Below are positions 25,601 to 40,600 of a stretch of 64,000 nucleotides of DNA, in pieces (within the stretch, counting starts at the first letter, position 1; every line of letters begins with the position of its first letter). The notes below the pieces were generated by a model. The model saw only the letters and a list, made by a program, of their open reading frames with translations, was not told the DNA's origin and did not search any database. Location of the stretch: the NCBI RefSeq assembly GCF_018977255.1, contig NW_024704742.1, forward strand, positions 117,802,001-117,866,000. Reading direction: 5' to 3'. Both the position numbers and the translations under genes were made by a program. The DNA comes from Callorhinchus milii (lineage: Eukaryota).

Positions 25601-28600
25601 ATGGGTTTCCACATTTGTCAGATGCCTGGTTGATCCAAATTAGTTCTTTACAGTTTGGGTCATGCTTTATCAATTTAGTTATTTGTGACTCATTTTAAAT
25701 GACAACTGAACTGATCTTACAGCTCGCAAAATCACAAGAGAAACTTGGATGAAGAAGGTGCCTTCCACCCATTTTGATCTTAGCCATCAAATGGCATCAG
25801 AATTGTGGAAAACCAGCTTCCAAATTAAAACCGAGTTGCTTTCCAACATTCCACGCAATCTCACATTTTAAAACAATGGCCTTAAGATGAAGACCATATG
25901 TGATTTCAGGTTTTGAATCTGGATTGTTGAACTATCAATGTGAAAAATTGGAAACGTTGTTTATTCAGCAATCACATACTCAAAGAATCTAATTTGCGAT
26001 ATTTGTAAACTCCATCCATTGAATTAAGTGGGAATTTCCAGTTTGTAATTATTAGAAGCCATTTGTTTTGAAATAAGCACAAAACAGCTTCATACTATTC
26101 CAGAAAATCAGTAATTTTGTTTCTCTGCTATTTAGATCTTTGAGACATCTCAATGACATGATAAGGCACTATAAATAAAGTAAATAATCCTTGCATTTAA
26201 TATAGCGCCTTCTCACATTTTAGAGATGTCTCAAAGCACGTCACAGAATATACTGTAAAGTAAATTGACTGTGTATTTTGTGGACGAAATGCGGCAGCCA
26301 ATTGCGCACAGTAGTGTCCCACAAATAGTAATGGATTGAGTGACCAAATTATTGTTTTTTTTAAGGGATTATTACCCCCAGAATAAAATCAACTATTATT
26401 ATTATTTTATCAGTCTTTGACCATTTTGTGAAATACACTAAACAAATGACTTTGATATTATACCACCAATAATCCTTCCATTTGATCTAACGTTGAGTTG
26501 ACTATGTATTTGTAGGCAAGTACAGCAGCCAGTTTATGCACAACAATGTTCCACAACCAGCCATGAAGTGAATGATCCATTTTATCTGGAGGTTTGCTGG
26601 CCAGGACACTGGGAGAAGCTAACAGTATTCACAATGAATGCATCAAATCTGGTTTACAAGCATTGCAATTTGAACCCCATGGCGTGAAGAAAACACTGAA
26701 ACACTGTATTTGTTTGTCGTGACAAAAATTATAGCAGATATTTCAGTTAAGGAAAGATTAAATGATGGTCCCCACATTGTGTTGTATGGTAGCAATCACT
26801 AAGTTGACTGTTGGATGAAGTAGTGAGCACTGTCCTGCCACGTGTATCACACAATCTAATCCCCAACACGAACGTCATTGACATCCGTAATATTGATTCA
26901 TAAATCCATGTACCAAGATAAAATGATAGTAGTCCATCGCTATAGCGATTGCTTATTTGGTATGTGACACTCACCCTGCTTAAGGTAATGTAAAACGTTT
27001 AAACCTTAGCTGCCAATGAGGCCAATCTCTGGTGACTGTATGTTGAATTTCACATGATAACACTATGGTTACACAACTTGGGAAAGATAAAAGGATGTTG
27101 ACCTTTCGCACAGACATGCAAATATTTTTCCATATTGTACCCACGTCTCTAGGCTGACAGGTAGTGTTGCAAGACTAACATACTGATCACGCAGATTCTG
27201 GGCTCCACAAAGTCTAAGTAGAATTTTCTTTTTCAAACTCGATTCACTAGAAGGGAAAGATACTCATAGGGTAGAATATTCTGCTCACAGTTTTGGAAAA
27301 TGTTAGACGTAAAATGCTGTTAAATGGAAAATAAATTTGATTAGGAAGTATTAATTTAAAAATGTTTAATTTCTGGCATCAGACAGAAATAGATCATTTT
27401 ATCAGGAGTTGTATAAAATTGAACTTGATATATATGAATTAATATGTCTGCGGGATATTGCTGTGCAAAAATTGGCTGCATTATTTGCTCACAAGTTACA
27501 CAGTCACTCCAGGCTTTGAGACTTCCTCTCGATGTGCGAAATATCAAACTAAAAGATTATTATTATAAATTCACATATTACTCATTTTCATTTAATGCAC
27601 ATACCAGCACCTGTGAGTCAGTGTCTGACTCATAATTCACAACTATGTGAACAAAAGAGAGGAACCTGGATGATAAAAGTCAGCAATAGCAATAGAAGAA
27701 AAACTTAAATGTACAGCACCAAGCTGTTACTTAGAAGAGTCCTGCTCACATCAAGCACTCTTAAAACAGGAATAGCCAGATAATAATGATAATAAAATGA
27801 AACTCCTTCTATTCTGCCCAGGAATCCACCAGGTTTAGACACACTGTACCAACCAGGCATTTTAGAATATCCAGAAGTTAGCAAATTGCTGAATTCTGTC
27901 TTAACTTCGAAGTTGGTTTTCAAAGTTTTTATAAGAGTTTACAGAAGAACGGCTTCAGAATTAAGGCTGCATTTAAGGATTTGCCAACTTCTCCACATTC
28001 TGAAATGCTATGTTAATAGAGTAAATCTAGACCTGTTACACCAATTTTACTTTTTCTATTCTCGCAACAGACATGCGTGTTGCCTCTTAAGGTCATCAGT
28101 TGAACTACCAAGTCCATAGGAAGTCCATAGGAAGTTTTTGACACATTCGATCACGCCATCCTCCTCCACCGCCTTTCCTCCGTCATTCACCTCAGTGGGA
28201 CCGCACTCGCCTGGTTCGAGTTCTACCTCATGAACTGGCAGCAGTGCATCTGCACAAACGGCTTCTCCTCCCGCTCTTACCTGGTTACCTGCGGAGTACC
28301 CCAAGGATCTATACTTGGCTTCCTCCTCTTTCTGATATATATGCTTCCTCTTGGGGATGTCATCCACAGACATGGGGTACACTTTCACATGTATGTAGAC
28401 GACACCCAACTCTATTTTTCCACCTCACATTGCGACCCCCAGTCCCCTGATGTTCTGTCAGCCTGCCTGTCTGACATCAGGAGCTGGATGAGCGCAAATT
28501 TCCTTCAGCTGAACGTTGTCAAGACGGAAACCGTACACTTTGGCTTTCGTCAACGTGACCTAGGCGTCAGGTTCGACCCCCAATTATCCTTCCTCCCCCA

Positions 28601-31600
28601 CATCCGGTCCCTCACCAGCACCGCCTTCTACCATCTCCGACGCATCGCCCGTCTCCGCCAATACCTCTCTCCAAAAGCCGCTGAAACCCTGGTCCATAGC
28701 TTTGTCACCTCTCGGCTGGACTATTCAAATGCCCTCCTCGCCAATCTCCGCTCACTACCATTCACAAAATCCAGGTCATCTAAAACTCTCCCGCTTGCAT
28801 TTTTACCCGCACCAAACTCCGCTCCCCAATGACCCCAGTCCTTGCCAGACTGCACTGGCTGCCTGTCCCAGAGAGGATCGACTTCAAGATCCTCAAATCC
28901 CTCCACTCCTCTGCACCTCCCTATCTCTGACCTCCTCTCTCCTCATAACAGTACCTGTTGCCTTCGCTCCACCGGGTCTGGCCTCCTCCTCGTCCCCCGA
29001 ATCCTCTGCTCCACCATCGGCAGCCGTACCTTCAGCCACTACCTCCCGAGGCTCTAGAACACCCTTACTCACTCCCTTTGCCTCACTCCCTCTCTTCCTA
29101 TTTTCAGGTCTCGGCTAAAGACCTTTCTTTTCGACCACGCCTTTGGTCACCTTCCTCCCCCTTCCCCTGGCTCGGCCCCGGAATCCGTTACTGGGAAGCG
29201 CTCTGAGACAGCCCCCGGCGTGGAGGGCGCTATATAAATCCAAGTTGGTGTTGTTGTTGGAAGTTGAGAAGCTGGCTAAAGTGGGCTGTATTTCCTGTAA
29301 TTGAAGAGTTTAATGGGTGGTGGACTGAGGTGTTTAAATTAATGATGGAGTTGAAAAGGAAAATAGATTCAGAATAAGGGGAACTGATCTCAGGCAGGTA
29401 AAAGTAAAACCATAAAACAATTCTAATTGTGCCCCGAGCTAACCATTGTTTTTTGAAATAAATCAATGTGTATATATAAACATATACGTATGACAATCAT
29501 TGTGCTAAGATTTTATATTATATCAATGGCACCATAATGGCATTCAGGAAGTCATCGATCGGAAGAACGTGGGGGCAGCAATATATACAAGGTATGTTAA
29601 GGAAAGATGGAGGGGGGAAGAACTATATTCAGTGATACGGAGAAGGAGAGGGATGATGGGATTAAAAGATCCGCAGAATGTGGACTTCCTTCCTATAAAC
29701 CTTTGCTGGACTTAACACATCACACTTTAGATTTCACACTGCCAATTTTATCTCGACAACTAAGATTTTTAAATATTTCTGAAATCATAAGCCATAACAT
29801 AGATTATTTCTTAGAAGCTTCTTTAAATAAGGAACCTGTTAGATTTCTTGGAGATGATCTGGAACTCCACTTGGAAGCAGATCCCATTGAATTGATTCCA
29901 TCTGGCATATTTCCAGTTATTTCCATGTATAGTTCCTGTCTTTCAATTTGGCAAAATTTATTATTGATTCATTATTGAGGAATCCCATTAAGAAATAGTG
30001 CAATTCAGGACCCTGTGCATGCAACGTAATGGGGGGGAAATATATTCAGGAAAACAATAATCTTTTGTACCCATTGGTAAAAAAGCTGGCTTATTCTCAA
30101 AATTCTATAATGACTTGAATTGTGATTATTTTACCAATACTGCAAGGCTGTTTCTCTTACATCACATAATTGTGCCAAGGGAGGAGTCCTTATTAATAGC
30201 TTGTGACTAGCTCGATATCATATAGTGCTATATTCAATAAACTCTTTGTTTTCTTCTAACATAGCACAACCTAATACAGTGTAAATAAAATATCCTAGTT
30301 GAAGTACTAGGACCTAGCAAAGTGCAAGGAATGAAGCAGATGACTACTTTCAGCTGACAGTGTAAAACAGAAGGCACATTGATTTATAACTGCATTGATA
30401 GGGCTCTGCTTTACTTACAATAATAATTATAGCAACTTTTGACAAACTTCCTCTCTGGACTCTGTGTTTTGCCTAGTTATTTCTTTGTTTAATTAAATGA
30501 AATTCAGACTATTTGTCTTTCCATAATAATGCTCATCTCATGAGATGTCAGTGTTAATGTGAGGTACCTCATCCAGAAGGGATTTTTTTATAAGATAATA
30601 AGCTTGGAATGTATTTACCTGGAAAGTGTTTGCAAGTGTTGAAAGTGCCAACCTGGCTCAGTTGGTAGCACTCTTGCCTCCGAGTAAGAAGGTTATGGGT
30701 TCAAGTCGGGACTTTGAAATCATATAATCCAGGATGATACTCCAATACACTGCTGGGAGAGTGCTGCATTGTTGGAGATGTCACCCTTCGGATGAGGTGT
30801 TAAACCAGGATTCCATCTGCCCATTCAGATAAATGTTGAATATCCCATGGCACTTTTCAAAAAGAGAAGAGGGTTCCTATGAGTGTCCTGGCCAGCAATC
30901 CACCAGATAAAATTAGTCATTAATGTAATGGCTGTTCATAGGGCAATTGGTTGCTGTGTTTGTTTAACAAAATATGCAGCACTATATTTTACAATAATTC
31001 CTGTGAAGTGCTTTGAGATATTCTCCTGGTGTGAGAGGTGCTATATCAATGCAAAGATTATCTCATGAGTCATGGATTATCTCATTATCCAATCAAAAGT
31101 AAAGTTTATTTGTACATTAATCTTCTTAACTGATAGTGAACTAATAATACAATGATAGGTGCATCCAATTTGTGTACACAGATCATGAGGTTATTACTTA
31201 ACTTGTTTAGTGTAGGGAAAAGTGCTCATAACATTACAGCCAGTTATAACCGTGCAAAGCAATCAGCAATGCTCTGGAACACTCTTCCTCTATCCCCCCG
31301 CCTTGCCCCTTCCTTCCCCATCTTCAGGTCATGCCTGAAGACCTTCCTATTCAACCGTACCTACAGTCACCTCCCCCTCCCCCCGCTCAGCGTCATGCTC
31401 CGCCACTGCCAAGCGCTCTGGGATGCTGACCTGAGTGAGGGACGCTATATAAATGCAAGTTGTTGTTGTACCAATGAGGATCAAAACTACTGTCAAGGGG
31501 AAGGTAAGTGAATCTCTCTGAGCTTCAACTGGTTCCAAGGGGATGTTTAAGTCAGGAATTTTCTCAGTAATCTAAGGCTCTGCTGGCAGTTGAGCAATCT

Positions 31601-34600
31601 GCTTGGCTGATCAGTGGGATTTGCAAACATGATCCTAACTGAATAAGTGATACAAGTGCTTTGCACTTAGGGAATGCAGAAAATGCTCCTCGGATTGAAA
31701 ATACTTTTCAGATTCAAAACATAGTTAGAATTTGGTAACATTTCAACATCAGGAATGAATAAAAGATGATTCAAGAGCAGCTACTAGAAAAATATATTAA
31801 TTTATGCTTTGGACACAGTTCGATGATCTCTCTACCTCAACTCGACAAATCTGACAGTTTTCCTGTAAATTATACAAAAAAGATTAATTGCATTACTGTA
31901 AAAGGTGAAACTGACAGTAAAAACAAAGGATATTTGACATGTTCATTGCAGGTGTCAACTAGACCTTTGGGATACATTTAACTGCAGAAGGTTATTTCTC
32001 CTCAGGGACTTGGCTGTGATGCTGTAGCTTTCAGTAGCACATTGTTAACTCAACTGATCTGTGGGCTGATTTGAACCTCAGTAACTGGAAGTGAAAAGCA
32101 CTGTACCTTATACTAGTGTCCTTATTTCACCTGCTATATCTCCTTTTCTTGTAGGTTCTACTTGTTTTCGCAAAAGAGGACAACCAAAGCGATAGCTTTT
32201 GGTGGGCATGTGACAAAGCTGGCTACAAGTGCAACATTGCACGGACACCAGAGTCCGCCCTGGAATGCTTTCTAGATAAACATCATGAAATTATAATTAT
32301 TGACCACAGGCATGCCAAATACTTTGATGCAGAAGCTGTTTGCAGGTAATAATACAACAAATTTCTCAGCCACAGGTATATGAAACCTTGGTATGATGAC
32401 TGTGGCATGTGGTTTTGTTTATATAATGTAGCACATAATTTGAAGTTTGATGTTGGGAGAATAGGAGGATACAAGAGAATTGTGTTTGTAATCCTATTGT
32501 GAGTTGATTTACAACTTGGTTGTTTCAGATTAAATCACTTATTTAAAATATTTTCAGACTTCACAGTGTTTGGTTTATCATATTGTTCCCAATATACAAT
32601 GACCCTGCTTACGTAATTCCAGAGAGTATTAGGCACAGAATGGCAGAGTAAAGGCTTGCAAATCCCAGAGTGTGCGTTGGGGTATGCCTGGAGTTTAACC
32701 AGCTAAAATCACATATCTTGCCGTTGAGGGCACTGTCCGACAAGCTTTCCGCTGCTTGTCCTGCTAGGAACATTGCAGAGTTAATAGGAGCCAAGTAAGA
32801 AAAATCCATGCTCTCAGTGACTTGTCTGCTCCTCTAAGTGCTGCTGATGAGCCACCCTGGTTGGCCTGTCATCAGCAATGTTTTGAAGGACCACGGACCT
32901 TCCTGTCTCACGAACTGGGCAACCGAGACTACCAGAAAGAGTTCATTTGTTTCTGACATTCTGTTGCCAAGCACCTTAACTTGAAACCAGTTCAACTCCA
33001 AGTAACTCCTCTTACCTCTCTACACCCCTCCCTCCACCATGGAGAATAGTCACTAGTTGGTCAGTCTTTCTTTCTCTCTGACTCTTAACACCTTTTCAGA
33101 CTCTTCCTCGCCTTCTCTTTCTGAGTCTCCCTATCTTTCTATCTCTATGTGTCACTGTATGACTTTATCTCACTCTCTGTCTGATTCCCCTCTCTCTACT
33201 AAAATCTGTCTTTGCATTAGTCTGTCATGTATGCACATAACTGGCAAAAACAAGCCAGTAATGTGAAAACATGAGATATGAGAAATTGTGCGCAAGCAGG
33301 TTTGTTAGGCGCACGATTGACATGCATTTTGCAGGAAAATTGCACTTTTAGAAATATCACATGACAGCATTAAATGTCAAGCGAGAGACCTGGGTTCGAT
33401 TCCCTGGAGGGTGAAACCTTGGGCGAGTTTCCTTACTCCGCACGCCTGATAATAATCCCTCAAGAAAAAACAATAATAAATTGGTCACTTCAATCTACAA
33501 CTGTTTGTGGGACACTGCTGTGCGCAATTGGCTGCTGCATTTTGCCCACAAATACACAGTCAATTCACTTATCAGTATATTCTGTGAAGCGCTTTGAGAC
33601 GTCTAGAAGATGTGAAAAACGCTATATCAAATGCAAGGATTATTATTTATTATTTTATAATTCTCACCATACATGCTGCTGAACATTTGTGCTTGCATTT
33701 CACAACTTCACATGTTCACATGCTTTGGTTAGTCTGTGAATATAAGGCAAGCAGCAAATTTGAAAGTGTGATTTAGGTAAAAAATTATATTCAGAATGAT
33801 ACTCTATTTTGATATCCTATCCCTGGTGGTCTAAAAGTGGCCTTTTTCTGATTCTATTCCAAGCTACTGCTTATCTGAGTCTGGTTCTATGGCACTTTTA
33901 TGGTGGTCTGGCAGTCTAGTGCGTGTCATTTCCTGGTAGTCTGTTGCAAAATGCGTGTCAAGCATCAAATGCCCTGGAAAACCAGTGGTGGCTGAACTGA
34001 TTACATTGTGGTCTAGAGGTGGTCTGTTTCAATTCCCTGGTCTACTCTGATTCCCTTGAAGACCACTGCTGATATGATCTGACTCTCTAGCAGACTGATC
34101 GGAAATCTTGATAGCACTCACATCTCTGGATCAGAAGCCTTTAGACTCAAGTCCACATCAGGGCTTTGAAATGACAGTTCAGCCTTACATTGCTGTGCTC
34201 TAGTGGGAAACTCTGCGTTATCAGAGATGCTATTCTTCAGATGAATCAGAAGGTTCCATCTTCCCATCAGGTGGATAACAAAGCTGCTATGACACTATTC
34301 AAAATGAGTAAGGAATTTCTCCTGATGTCCTCACCAACAATCCTCCAGATGAATTAATAATTCACTTCATGGCTGTTTGTGGGACCTTGCTTTATGCAAA
34401 TTGGCTGCCATGTTAACTTACACTTGATAGCAATTCCCTGTGAAACAATTTAACATTATAGGCACTACAGTGTATCAAATGCAAGGATTATCGTTTTATT
34501 ATTATTTGCTGGCAACCGATTTATAGTCTAATCTGATTTCTTGGCAGCCTGGATAGGTTCTGTGCCAAAATCCTTTATAGCCTAGTGAAAAATGTACAAG

Positions 34601-37600
34601 ACGGGGTTTGTGCCTGGCTCTTTAGTTATATAATGGTAGTCTGCTTCAGTTTCCAATCTAATTATGACTTGTATCTGATTTCCTCATTGTCTAATGCGGT
34701 GTGAATACTGGTTACCTGATTCTGTTTTGCCTGATTCAGAGGTGGGTATATATTAGTGTCCTCTGGAGAAGTGAGTTATATTTAAGTGCCATTAGTATCA
34801 GGTTTTGCTACAAAATTTTAAAAAGTTTTTTTGAGGGGGTTGGAATCTATTTTTCATGTCATAAATTGGGGGAGAGGATCATCACAAGTAAAGATACATT
34901 TTGTGAAAATCTGGATTTATTTTGGAATATCAAAAAATTAAAAACAAGCCAGGTGCTATCCAAACAGTTGTTTTATTGTTGAACACATTGGGAGCAACCT
35001 ATTTGCAGATAAACAAACTGAGCAAATAATTGGACATCACTCAAAATACAAATTGGCTATAGCACTAACTAAAACAATATTCCATCTGGAATTGCGTGGT
35101 CACTATAGTACCACACTGGTCCAGCCCTTTGCTATCTCCCCTTCTACCTCTCGCTCTGTCTCTTTCTCTCTCTGAGTTTCTCACTTCTTAATTTTCTGTT
35201 TCTTTCTATGATCTCTATCTTCAATTCTACTGTAAAAAAAGTAAGTACAAAAGTATAAATATTTTACCTTCACCCCCTAGCAAAATATCCAGTTATGACA
35301 TATGCATTTGGGAAGCAAGGTATTGTTCCCATATTCAAGAAAGGACACAGAATCATACCTGGAAGTGTAGATCCATTAGCTTGACCTCAATAATTGGAAA
35401 ACGTTTGGAGTCAATCATCAGAAAGGAAGTGGAAGATTACCTATATAAAAGTAATTAATAAATGACTGCCAACATGAGTTCAGAAAGTGTAGGTCTTGTC
35501 TGATCAACTCATAGACCTTTTTGAGGAGGTGGCAGCCCAAATTAACTGTGAAATCATATAATCTAGTATACTTTAGGATGAAACGTTACCAAGGTGCCGT
35601 CACACCTGTTCAGTTGGACGTTAAAGATCCTACGGCACTATTCAAAAAGAGAAAGGAGTTTCTCCCGGTTTCCTGGCCAATACATCCCCTAAATAAAATT
35701 GGTCACTCACTCCTTGGCTGTCTGTGGGACATTGGTGTGTGCATATTGGCTGCCACATTGGCTCTTAAAATACACTCAATGCACTTTACAGTATATCCTG
35801 TGAAATGCTTTTAGATGTGTCGAATACGTGATAAGACTCTATTCCAAATGTAAGGATTATTATCATATCTAAACTTCCAAAAGGCATTTGACATTAACTG
35901 TGGTTACTAGGTATTAGGGGTAAGATGTGGACATGAATTCCAAATTGGCTGAAGGATAGGAATCAGAAGGTCTTTGTCACTGGAGAAAGGTCAAAATGGG
36001 GAGACGTTCTAAGCTGAGTGCCTCTGGGGTCTGTACTGAGACCCTCCTGTATATATTAGTGAACTGCAAGCCCAGTGTAAGAAATACATTTGCAGATGAC
36101 ACCAAGTTGGGGGAAGGCGCAACAAAGATCCTACAAAGTAACTTTGCTAAGGTACGCATTTGGGCTAGTAACTGGCAAATGAAGTTTAATACAGATAAAT
36201 ACAAGATCCTACATATAGGAATTAAGAATAGGAAATACATGTTCTCCATGGATGGGATAGAACTTCTAAAGGGGAAGCTGAAAGAGTTGTAGGGGTTGAC
36301 TCATCACTCACTATGTCATAAAAGTATGAGGCAGCAATAAACAAGGAAAACAAATGCTGGGCTGTATTACTAAATCAGTTGAGTTTAGATCCCCAGACAC
36401 CATACACAGGTTGTTTAGTGCCCTGGTCAGGCCATACTATGCTTGCATAAAGTTCTGGTCACCATGACATGCCTGGCCATAGATGCAATGAGGATGATCC
36501 CCAGTATTAGAGGAATGAGCTATGAGCAATGATTAGACAAAAGGTGACAAAAGGTGTATAACATTTTAAATAGGATTCAAAACGTAAACCCAAAACAATT
36601 TCACAATGCATCAAGACAGTAGAACAAGAGAACATAAGTTTAGAGTTGCAAAGGGCAAATTCAGGACAGATACCAGGAAGTATTTCTTTACCCAAAGGGC
36701 AATTAATGACTGGAACACGATACCAGTTAGGGTGGTTGAGGCCAGACCACTGGACCCATTTAAAAAGCAGCTTGATGCTGTGATGGGAGTACAGTAGGGT
36801 GGGTGTTCTGAATGGAAGAGATTCGATGGGCTAAAGGGACTTCTTAATTCAAACTAGTCTTGTGAACTTGTTACTTTACATACTTCTTAACTTTGCGCAG
36901 ACACACAATTGGTTTCAGATGTTGAATGTGCTGATTCCTAGAAATGAATGGGCATGCACCATCCTCACACTGAAAAAAAAATCGATTAATTATTTTCATA
37001 TTTTTACCAATTCACTTTCACCAACAAAAAAGAAAACTTTTGGTGGAACAAACTATATTGCGCAAAATTACACATATGTCCTTTTGTTTCTTAGTAAAGA
37101 AATACTTAAAAAGTTTGACACATCCAAATTTAAAATGGTTCCAAATCAGATTTTATTTGACTGATTCAGAAAGTTTTACTCATTACAGATCCCCAAGTTA
37201 GTCAAATAGACTTTATTGCTTGTGGGTCACGTCAGACAGGTTACTGCCTCCTTAATGGTAATCAAAATTTCCAACAATGTGCTAAGCAAGTGGGTTTCAA
37301 TACTGTGGGGGTAAATTTTGCACTGTTTCCTGAAAGCATTCCTTAACTTATTTAAATAATCCTATAAAAAATACCAGCAGGAAGTGCTAATCAATTTTAG
37401 TTGATAAGAAGATAAATATAATAATAATCCTTGCATTTGATATAGCGCCTTCTCATTTTGTTGAGACGTATTTGTACTGTTTAAGTGAATTGACTGCATA
37501 TTTTGAAGGTGAAACTTCAGGCCTCTTAGACAGATCAATCGTGGGAAAGGACTCTTAAACCAAAAGAAGAACCCAAAACCCAATGTAGGGCCTAGAATTT

Positions 37601-40600
37601 ACAAAACAAAATTGATCCCTAAAGGGCTGCACAAAATGACTTTGAGACCTCTTATCTAGAGACAGACACCTACTACTTGTATTTCTTAAACTATTCCTTA
37701 AACAATTTAAGAAAAGCTTTCAGAAATACTTGTAAATTTGACTCCTTTATTTCAGCTTTGTGGTCAAATGGTTTATTGAAAGTCAAAACAGGATGGATGG
37801 ACTGTACAAACCTTTCACTGCATTTTTCTTCCTAGATCAATTCGAGCTACAAAACCAGCAGAAAACACAGTAATCCTGGCAGTAGTTCCACAGATGTAAG
37901 TTTACTGTAGAGTAAGAGCTTGCTACAATCACTGTAAAATTACTTGTGAATGTTGTCAAGAAATTATGATTTTTCTTTCAGAATGCTGAGATAATATAGG
38001 TCTGATGTGTATTCACCAAATGTCACTAACCCCTATCATTGAAAAGCCAATGATTCCTTCTTCCCATGCGCACATACTTCTCAAGCGTTCATGAAGCTTG
38101 AACTCACTTCCAAATCTCTTCACCTTGCAGTTCTCTCCCTGACTTCAAAAATCCTCTTACTAACAAATACCTTTAATGGTGCCATTGCTCAGTGTCCTCA
38201 AACTTCTTCTTTCCTGTCTGCCTGGTAATCGCCAACGTTGTTATGAATTGTTTTAAGACATTCATCCTACATGAAATGCACCATATAGCACACATTCTGT
38301 AATGTTCATTCTGAAGAGCACACAACACAGGAACGTGGACAATACAATACAATGAAAAATTACATTTATATAGTGCCTTTCACATCGGGAGAATGCCCCA
38401 AAGCATTTAACAGTACTTTGTTTCATTTAACAAAATATTGCAGGGCTGTGGGGTAAGAGAGGGGAAGTGGAACAAGTTGGATTGCTCTTTCAAAGAGCCT
38501 GCATAGGCACGATGGGCCGAATGGCCTTCTTCTGTGCTGTAAGATTCTATGATCCTATGATACTGGCTTAGCACCCAATACTTTGATACTGGTGGGAGCC
38601 GAAAAGGATGGGGCAGAAAGATGACCGAAAGTGCAGCAAGATAGACTTCGAATGAAGTGAGAGAGGGAGCAAGCTGGATGGACTAAGCTCAGAAAGGCTG
38701 ACAGCCTACCTGACAATGGTGGAGCGGAAAGGGTGGGGGATATGAAGCAGCCGGTTCTTGCTGAGTAGGGTATTGGTAGGGTACACCTGATTGCGTCTTT
38801 AATCCAAGAGTAATCGTAGCTATTCATCATTGTGTCTTTCCTCCTGCAGATCTAATGATCAGGAGGAGACCTCAGTCTTGCCTCTCCTTAATGCAGGGTT
38901 CAATAGGGTAAGGAATGTCTTTGTCATTCATGTTGCATAACAATATTTATACTGCTTTGTTGCATTATTTTATTTAAACATTACTCAGGGTGTTTACAGT
39001 GTTGAAGGTAAAGTGTTTTAGATTTTAAAAATAAATAGACATTGATATATTACTACGTACATTTATTTCCATCAATATATGTAAAGCTCTAAACTTTTGG
39101 ATACAGAAATGCTTTTCTTATGGGGTTCAATGATTAAAGTAATGAAAGCACAACATGAAATGGCTCTTTACTTCTCTGCATAACAATGAAATTGTTGTTT
39201 ACACATTACTATCAATGACTGCTTAAATAACATGGCTCCTTACTTGTGTACATAAGATAATAATTTTCCTGACTTGTCTACAAACTAATGAAATGGTCGG
39301 TTACAAATTACTATTAATAAGGCGACATGACATGAAATTGCTACTTAACTAAATTACATCAAAGCTTGTTGAACTCGTAACTTTATACAGATAATATATG
39401 TGAATAAATTATTACGATTATCCCTTTGTCTGGTTTTGTGTTCTCCAAGTGTGAAGATTGGTTTTGAAAAAGAATTTAAAAAGGTAAAAATAAAAAACTT
39501 AAAAATAGTTGTCCATTACCTGTCAAATCAGAAAAAATAAACATCGATTTACATAAAACGTATATGTCATACAGTAATACAACCTGACTGATGAGGTCAA
39601 TCCGCTAATGCAGTCAGTATTCCGCAGTCCTTTTAATGATTTTATTTGTGAGTTTTCACTTAATTGGCCAACCACATCATTTCTGCTTCTGGGGCAATGC
39701 TGGCACAGATTATCTTCTGCATTCACCTACATATCAATAGTTACTATATTTCAAAGAAGCTCATTTTTGCAGTGTTTTGGGAGGCTTGTCACTTTTCTTG
39801 TGCTCAGATATCTAAACTTTTTAAACCTTTAAAGGTGCTTTTTAATAGGATTGACTATTACTGCAATAAATTAATAAGAAAAAGTAACCTCCAACACCAA
39901 ATATTTGTTACATGAATCAGTTTCTTCTGAATACTCAGATCCACTTAACCACAGCAGTCAGTCTGAATTAGATCAGATTATGTTAATGCTCCTTTGGAAA
40001 AGTGTGAAGAGAGACTCAGTCAATAGAACCCTTGTGGTTTTGAAAGTTTTCATTATCCCTTATGTTTAAACAATCGATAAAGCCTCAAAACCCAGATTTA
40101 TCCCCATTAGACTTATTTGCCACAAATTGCTGAGTCTAGATTAATTTGTACATCAGTGCTCAAAACCAAATCTTGCTCAAAACCAAATCTTGCTTTGGAA
40201 AATTCTAATGGCATTATGTTATTTTTCTTCTATCTATAGCGGTATATAGAAAACGCCAGCCTAATTGTGTGCTACAATGAACTGATCCAGTTAGAGCATG
40301 GAAACGTGCGGTCTCAATTCAAACTGCGGTACGTATATTAATAATGCGTCGTTGTTTACGAATATAAGTCAATAAAGAAAATGAAATTGACTTCAGCTCT
40401 ATGTTATGTTGTTGTGACACCAAACAATTGTAAAGATGGTACTTTATGCCAAACCTGTTGGTAAAATTTATTTTGTACAATCACAAACAACAAAACAATA
40501 TCTAGTTTACTTCCAATATGCAACAGTTTTCCCTTAACTGGATTGAACTTAATTTCCCAGTGATCATCCATTTGCATACATCTTTGAGCTCTGTTTGTAA

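Noticed and set aside
33820..34090. Recurring tggtct/ggtggtct motifs
   Set aside because: Too degenerate to define a unit or period; probably an old decayed minisatellite.
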